A stretch of DNA of 32,000 bases from Mycobacterium leprae TN (GTDB taxonomy: Bacteria > Actinomycetota > Actinomycetes > Mycobacteriales > Mycobacteriaceae). Numbering within the stretch: position 1 is the first letter of the stretch; every line of letters begins with the position of its first letter. Both the position numbers and the translations under genes were made by a program. The notes under the pieces are model-generated. The model was not told the DNA's origin, made no database searches, and worked only from the letters and a program-made list of their open reading frames with translations. The DNA lies in NCBI RefSeq assembly GCF_000195855.1, contig NC_002677.1:690001-722000 (forward strand). The letters are read 5' to 3'. This document shows, piece by piece, positions 28,688-32,000 of this stretch.

Positions 28688-31297
28688 ATGACACGCACGT
28701 CAGAGACTACGAAGTCGCCGGCTCCCGAGTTGTTGACCCAGCAGCAGGCAATCGACTCGCTGGGTAAATACGGTTACGGGTGGGCGGATTCCGACGTCGC
28801 GGGCGCCAGCGCGCGGCGCGGGCTCTCCGAAGATGTTGTTCGGGACATATCAGCGAAAAAGGATGAGCCGGAATGGATGCTGCAGGCCAGGCTAAAGGCG
28901 TTGCGTGTCTTTGAGCGTAAGCCCATGCCGCGCTGGGGTTCCAATCTCGATGGGATCGATTTCGACAACATCAAGTACTTCGTGCGCTCTACCGAGAAGC
29001 AGGCCGCCAGCTGGGATGAGCTGCCAGAAGACATCCGCAACACCTACGACCGGCTAGGAATCCCGGACGCGGAAAAGCAGCGTCTCGTTGCCGGCGTAGC
29101 GGCGCAATACGAGTCAGAGGTAGTTTACCACCAAATCAGAGCGGACTTGAAGGATCAAGGTGTCGTCTTCCTCGACACAGAAACGGGTTTGCGGGAATAC
29201 CCTGACATCTTCAAGCAGTACTTAGGCACTGTGATCCCGGCGGGCGATAATAAGTTTTCCGCATTGAATACGGCAGTGTGGAGTGGCGGGTGTCTAACCG
29301 CCGATGCTCGTATTAATGTCAAGGGCAAGGGCTTGGTGAGTATTGCCGATGTCCAGCCCGGTGATGAAGTGTTTGGTGTAAATATTGGATGCGAACTCGA
29401 GCGTGGCAAAGTGTTGGCTAAGGTGGCAAGCGGCACCAAGCCCGTATACGAGATGCACGTTGCAGGTCGGGCCCTCGAAGCAACCGGAAACCATCAATTC
29501 TTAGTGGCAAGGAGAGTCGAGGAGGGTAAGCGCACACGGTGGACGGCCGTTTGGGCACCACTCGAGGAGATTGAGTCGGGTGAGCCGATCGCGGTCGCTC
29601 GCGTGTTGCCCGACGATAGCGGAACCATTTTCTTCTCCGAGTCGGAACTGGACATCAAGAACCGAACCCGGCAGTGTCTCTATTTTCCATGCCAGAACAG
29701 CGTTGATCTGCTTTGGCTCTTGGGATTGTGGCTAGGTGATGGTCATACCGCTGCACCGCATAAGCACATGCGGCAAGTCGCGTTCTCGGTCCCTGCAGGT
29801 GATCCAGTGCATCACACTGCCATCCGGGTGGTGAGTGAACAGTTCGGTGCCAACGTCACAGTGGTGAATTGTGGATTCATCGTGAGTTCCAAGGCTTTCG
29901 AGACATGGCTTGCAGAACTTGGATTTTCCGGAGACGAGAAAACCAAGCGGCTGCCTGCCTGGATTTATAGCTTGCCGCATGAGCACCAGCTCGCGCTTAT
30001 TGGCGGACTGGTCGATGCTGATGGTTGGACCGAGAGCAGTGGTGCCACCATGTCGATCGCGTTTGCCAGCCGGGAGCTGCTCGAAGACGTCAGGCAACTT
30101 GCTATCGGTTGCGGGCTATACCCCGACGGGGCGCTCGTTGAGCGAACACGGAGTGCAACCTGCAGGGACGGTCGCATCGTCACGAGCACGAGTTGGCGGT
30201 TGCGGATTCAGGGCAGTCTCGACCGAGTAGGTACTCGTACACCTGGCAAGCGAGGGAAACCGGTGAGCAACAAGGGGAGAAGACAGCGGTATGTTGCTGC
30301 CGCTGGGCTTAATTTCTCGTCATTGTCCACCGATACCGTCGGCTTCGCACGTTTGAAGAGTAAGACGCTGGTGGGCGAGAAGCCCACCTACGACATCCAG
30401 GTTGTGGGTTTGGAGAATTTCGTTGCAAACGGGATCGTGGCGCACAACAGCTTCATTTATGTCCCGCCGGGTGTGCACGTTGATATCCCGCTGCAAGCCT
30501 ATTTCCGGATCAATACCGAGAACATGGGTCAGTTCGAGCGGACGTTGATCATCGCCGATACGGGCTCGTACGTGCATTACGTTGAGGGTTGTACCGCACC
30601 AATCTACAAGTCGGACTCGCTGCACTCCGCGGTGGTCGAAATCATCGTGAAACCGCATGCTCGCGTTCGCTATACGACCATCCAGAACTGGTCGAACAAC
30701 GTCTACAACTTAGTCACCAAGCGCGCCCGTGTTGAAACGGGTGCCACCATGGAGTGGATCGACGGCAACATCGGGTCTAAGGTCACCATGAAGTACCCGG
30801 CGGTTTGGATGACCGGTGAACACGCCAAAGGTGAGGTGTTGTCAGTGGCGTTCGCTGGTGAAGGCCAGCACCAGGATACCGGGGCCAAGATGCTGCACCT
30901 GGCGTCGAACACGTCGAGTAATATTGTGTCCAAGTCGGTGGCCCGAGGTGGGGGCCGCACCTCCTACCGTGGTCTGGTGCAGGTTAATAAAGGTGCACAC
31001 GGGTCGCGCTCCAGCGTAAAATGCGATGCGCTGCTGGTTGATACGATCAGCCGCAGTGACACGTATCCGTACGTCGATATCCGCGAAGACGACGTCACGA
31101 TGGGCCATGAGGCCACCGTCTCGAAGGTCAGCGAGAACCAGTTGTTCTACTTGATGAGCCGTGGGTTGGCCGAGGATGAGGCAATGGCGATGGTGGTGCG
31201 CGGCTTCGTCGAGCCGATAGCCAAGGAGCTACCGATGGAGTACGCGCTGGAACTCAACCGATTGATCGAATTGCAGATGGAGGGTGCGGTCGGATGA
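28688..31297 (+). CDS. sufB: Fe-S cluster assembly protein SufB precursor, interrupted by an in-frame intein
   Basis: In this 869-codon ORF the extein reads '...KFSALNTAVWSGG' | intein | 'SFIYVPPGVHVDIPLQAYFRIN...'. It continues through 'EGCTAPIY', 'KCDALLVD' and 'GHEATVSKVSENQLFYLMSRGL'. The stop overlaps the sufD start (ATGA). Confidence 0.95.
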   Translation: MTRTSETTKSPAPELLTQQQAIDSLGKYGYGWADSDVAGASARRGLSEDVVRDISAKKDEPEWMLQARLKALRVFERKPMPRWGSNLDGIDFDNIKYFVRSTEKQAASWDELPEDIRNTYDRLGIPDAEKQRLVAGVAAQYESEVVYHQIRADLKDQGVVFLDTETGLREYPDIFKQYLGTVIPAGDNKFSALNTAVWSGGCLTADARINVKGKGLVSIADVQPGDEVFGVNIGCELERGKVLAKVASGTKPVYEMHVAGRALEATGNHQFLVARRVEEGKRTRWTAVWAPLEEIESGEPIAVARVLPDDSGTIFFSESELDIKNRTRQCLYFPCQNSVDLLWLLGLWLGDGHTAAPHKHMRQVAFSVPAGDPVHHTAIRVVSEQFGANVTVVNCGFIVSSKAFETWLAELGFSGDEKTKRLPAWIYSLPHEHQLALIGGLVDADGWTESSGATMSIAFASRELLEDVRQLAIGCGLYPDGALVERTRSATCRDGRIVTSTSWRLRIQGSLDRVGTRTPGKRGKPVSNKGRRQRYVAAAGLNFSSLSTDTVGFARLKSKTLVGEKPTYDIQVVGLENFVANGIVAHNSFIYVPPGVHVDIPLQAYFRINTENMGQFERTLIIADTGSYVHYVEGCTAPIYKSDSLHSAVVEIIVKPHARVRYTTIQNWSNNVYNLVTKRARVETGATMEWIDGNIGSKVTMKYPAVWMTGEHAKGEVLSVAFAGEGQHQDTGAKMLHLASNTSSNIVSKSVARGGGRTSYRGLVQVNKGAHGSRSSVKCDALLVDTISRSDTYPYVDIREDDVTMGHEATVSKVSENQLFYLMSRGLAEDEAMAMVVRGFVEPIAKELPMEYALELNRLIELQMEGAVG
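29291..30448 (+). mobile_element. Intein (386 codons) with a LAGLIDADG homing-endonuclease domain inside sufB
   Basis: Cys1 is in 'CLTADARINV' (tgt 29291-29293). Block B is 'EATGNHQFLV'. The two LAGLIDADG motifs are 'LLWLLGLWLGDGHT' (29708-29749) and 'LALIGGLVDADGWTE' (29990-30034). The C-terminal 'GIVAHN' ends at 30448 and is followed by Ser+1 (agc 30449). Confidence 0.93.
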
Positions 31298-32000
31298 CCG
31301 CTGTTGAAGGATCTTCACTTACAGCATTGAATAAGGGGAGGTTGTTCGCGTCGTTTGATGTCGACGCTTTCGAAGTGCCCGGTGGCCGTGACGAGATTTG
31401 GCGGTTTACGCCGCTGCGGAGGTTGCGCGGCCTACACGACGGCTCGGCCGTGGCCAATGGCAAGGTGCATATTAGAGTCAGCCAGCAGTCTGGTGTGCAG
31501 ACCGAGATCGTGGGCCGTGGCGACGGACGGCTGGGGCAGGGCGGCATCCCCACTGATCGTGTTGCAGCCCAGGCATTTTCGTCGTTCCAGTCCGCGACGG
31601 TGGTCACTGTCGGGCGGGATATGCAGATCGCTACCCCGATCAACATCGCCGTAACCGGGCCCGACAAAGGCGCAGTGGTGTACGGTCATCTACAGATCAG
31701 GGTCTGCAAATTTGGCGAAGCTGTCGTGGTCATTGACCACCGGGGGAGTGGAACTTACGCCGACAACGTCGAGTTCATTGTCGAGGCCGCCGCACGGCTC
31801 ACCGTGGTGTGGATTGCTGACTGGGCCGACGATATGGTTCATCTCAGCGCACATCATGCCCTGCTGGGCAAAGATGCGGTGCTGCGGCATATCACTGTCA
31901 CACTGGGTGGCGAGGTCGTCCGGGTGTCGGCCAATGTACGGTTCTCCGGGCCCGGTGGCGATGCCGAGCTGCTGGGTTTGTACTTCGCCGACGACGGGCA
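31294..32000 (+). CDS. sufD: Fe-S cluster assembly protein SufD (5' part; runs off the window)
   Basis: ATG 31294 overlaps the sufB TGA. The frame is open to the window end, so it is absent from the ORF track. It reads 'MTAVEGSSLTALNKGRLFASFDVDAFEVPGGRDEIWRFTPLRRLRGLHDG...GDAELLGLYFADDG', which is SufD-like and in the expected sufB-sufD order. Confidence 0.85.
   Translation, partial: MTAVEGSSLTALNKGRLFASFDVDAFEVPGGRDEIWRFTPLRRLRGLHDGSAVANGKVHIRVSQQSGVQTEIVGRGDGRLGQGGIPTDRVAAQAFSSFQSATVVTVGRDMQIATPINIAVTGPDKGAVVYGHLQIRVCKFGEAVVVIDHRGSGTYADNVEFIVEAAARLTVVWIADWADDMVHLSAHHALLGKDAVLRHITVTLGGEVVRVSANVRFSGPGGDAELLGLYFADDG

Overview
This 32-kb chromosomal segment reads like the conserved Mycobacterium/Corynebacteriales central-metabolism block in a reductively evolved genome. 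From memory, the gene order, a 386-codon intein in SufB, an intact ppc and the dense gene decay fit the Mycobacterium leprae lineage. I cannot run a search to confirm that.

Order along the window:
- an extinct IS3-family element and a second, deleted copy, bracketing decayed DNA (1-3600)
- an L,D-transpeptidase (-)
- gap-pgk-tpi (+)
- a ~2-kb decayed interval
- secG-ppc (+)
- the pentose-phosphate string tkt-tal-[zwf]-[opcA]-devB (-), in which zwf and opcA are pseudogenes
- ctaB (+)
- a qor pseudogene and unassigned debris
- ctaA (-)
- a 612-nt spacer
- mptB, ABC ATPase and ABC-2 permease (-), joined by start/stop overlaps
- sufR, sufB (with a LAGLIDADG intein) and a 3'-truncated sufD (+)

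By my own tally, about 20.4 kb (~64%) is intact coding sequence, about 6.3 kb is recognisable pseudogene or IS debris, and about 5 kb is unassigned. I saw no rRNA, tRNA or CRISPR array.

Nothing here is clearly a novel system. The items most worth a second look are:
- the dead zwf/opcA beside a retained devB
- the overlap-coupled GT-C mannosyltransferase and ABC-2 exporter
- the SufB intein, whose homing-endonuclease motifs look intact
- a SufR-operator-like inverted repeat
- the paired IS remnants
- an AT-rich tandem duplication upstream of gap

All functional calls rest on motifs read from the ORF track and on remembered M. tuberculosis orthologues.
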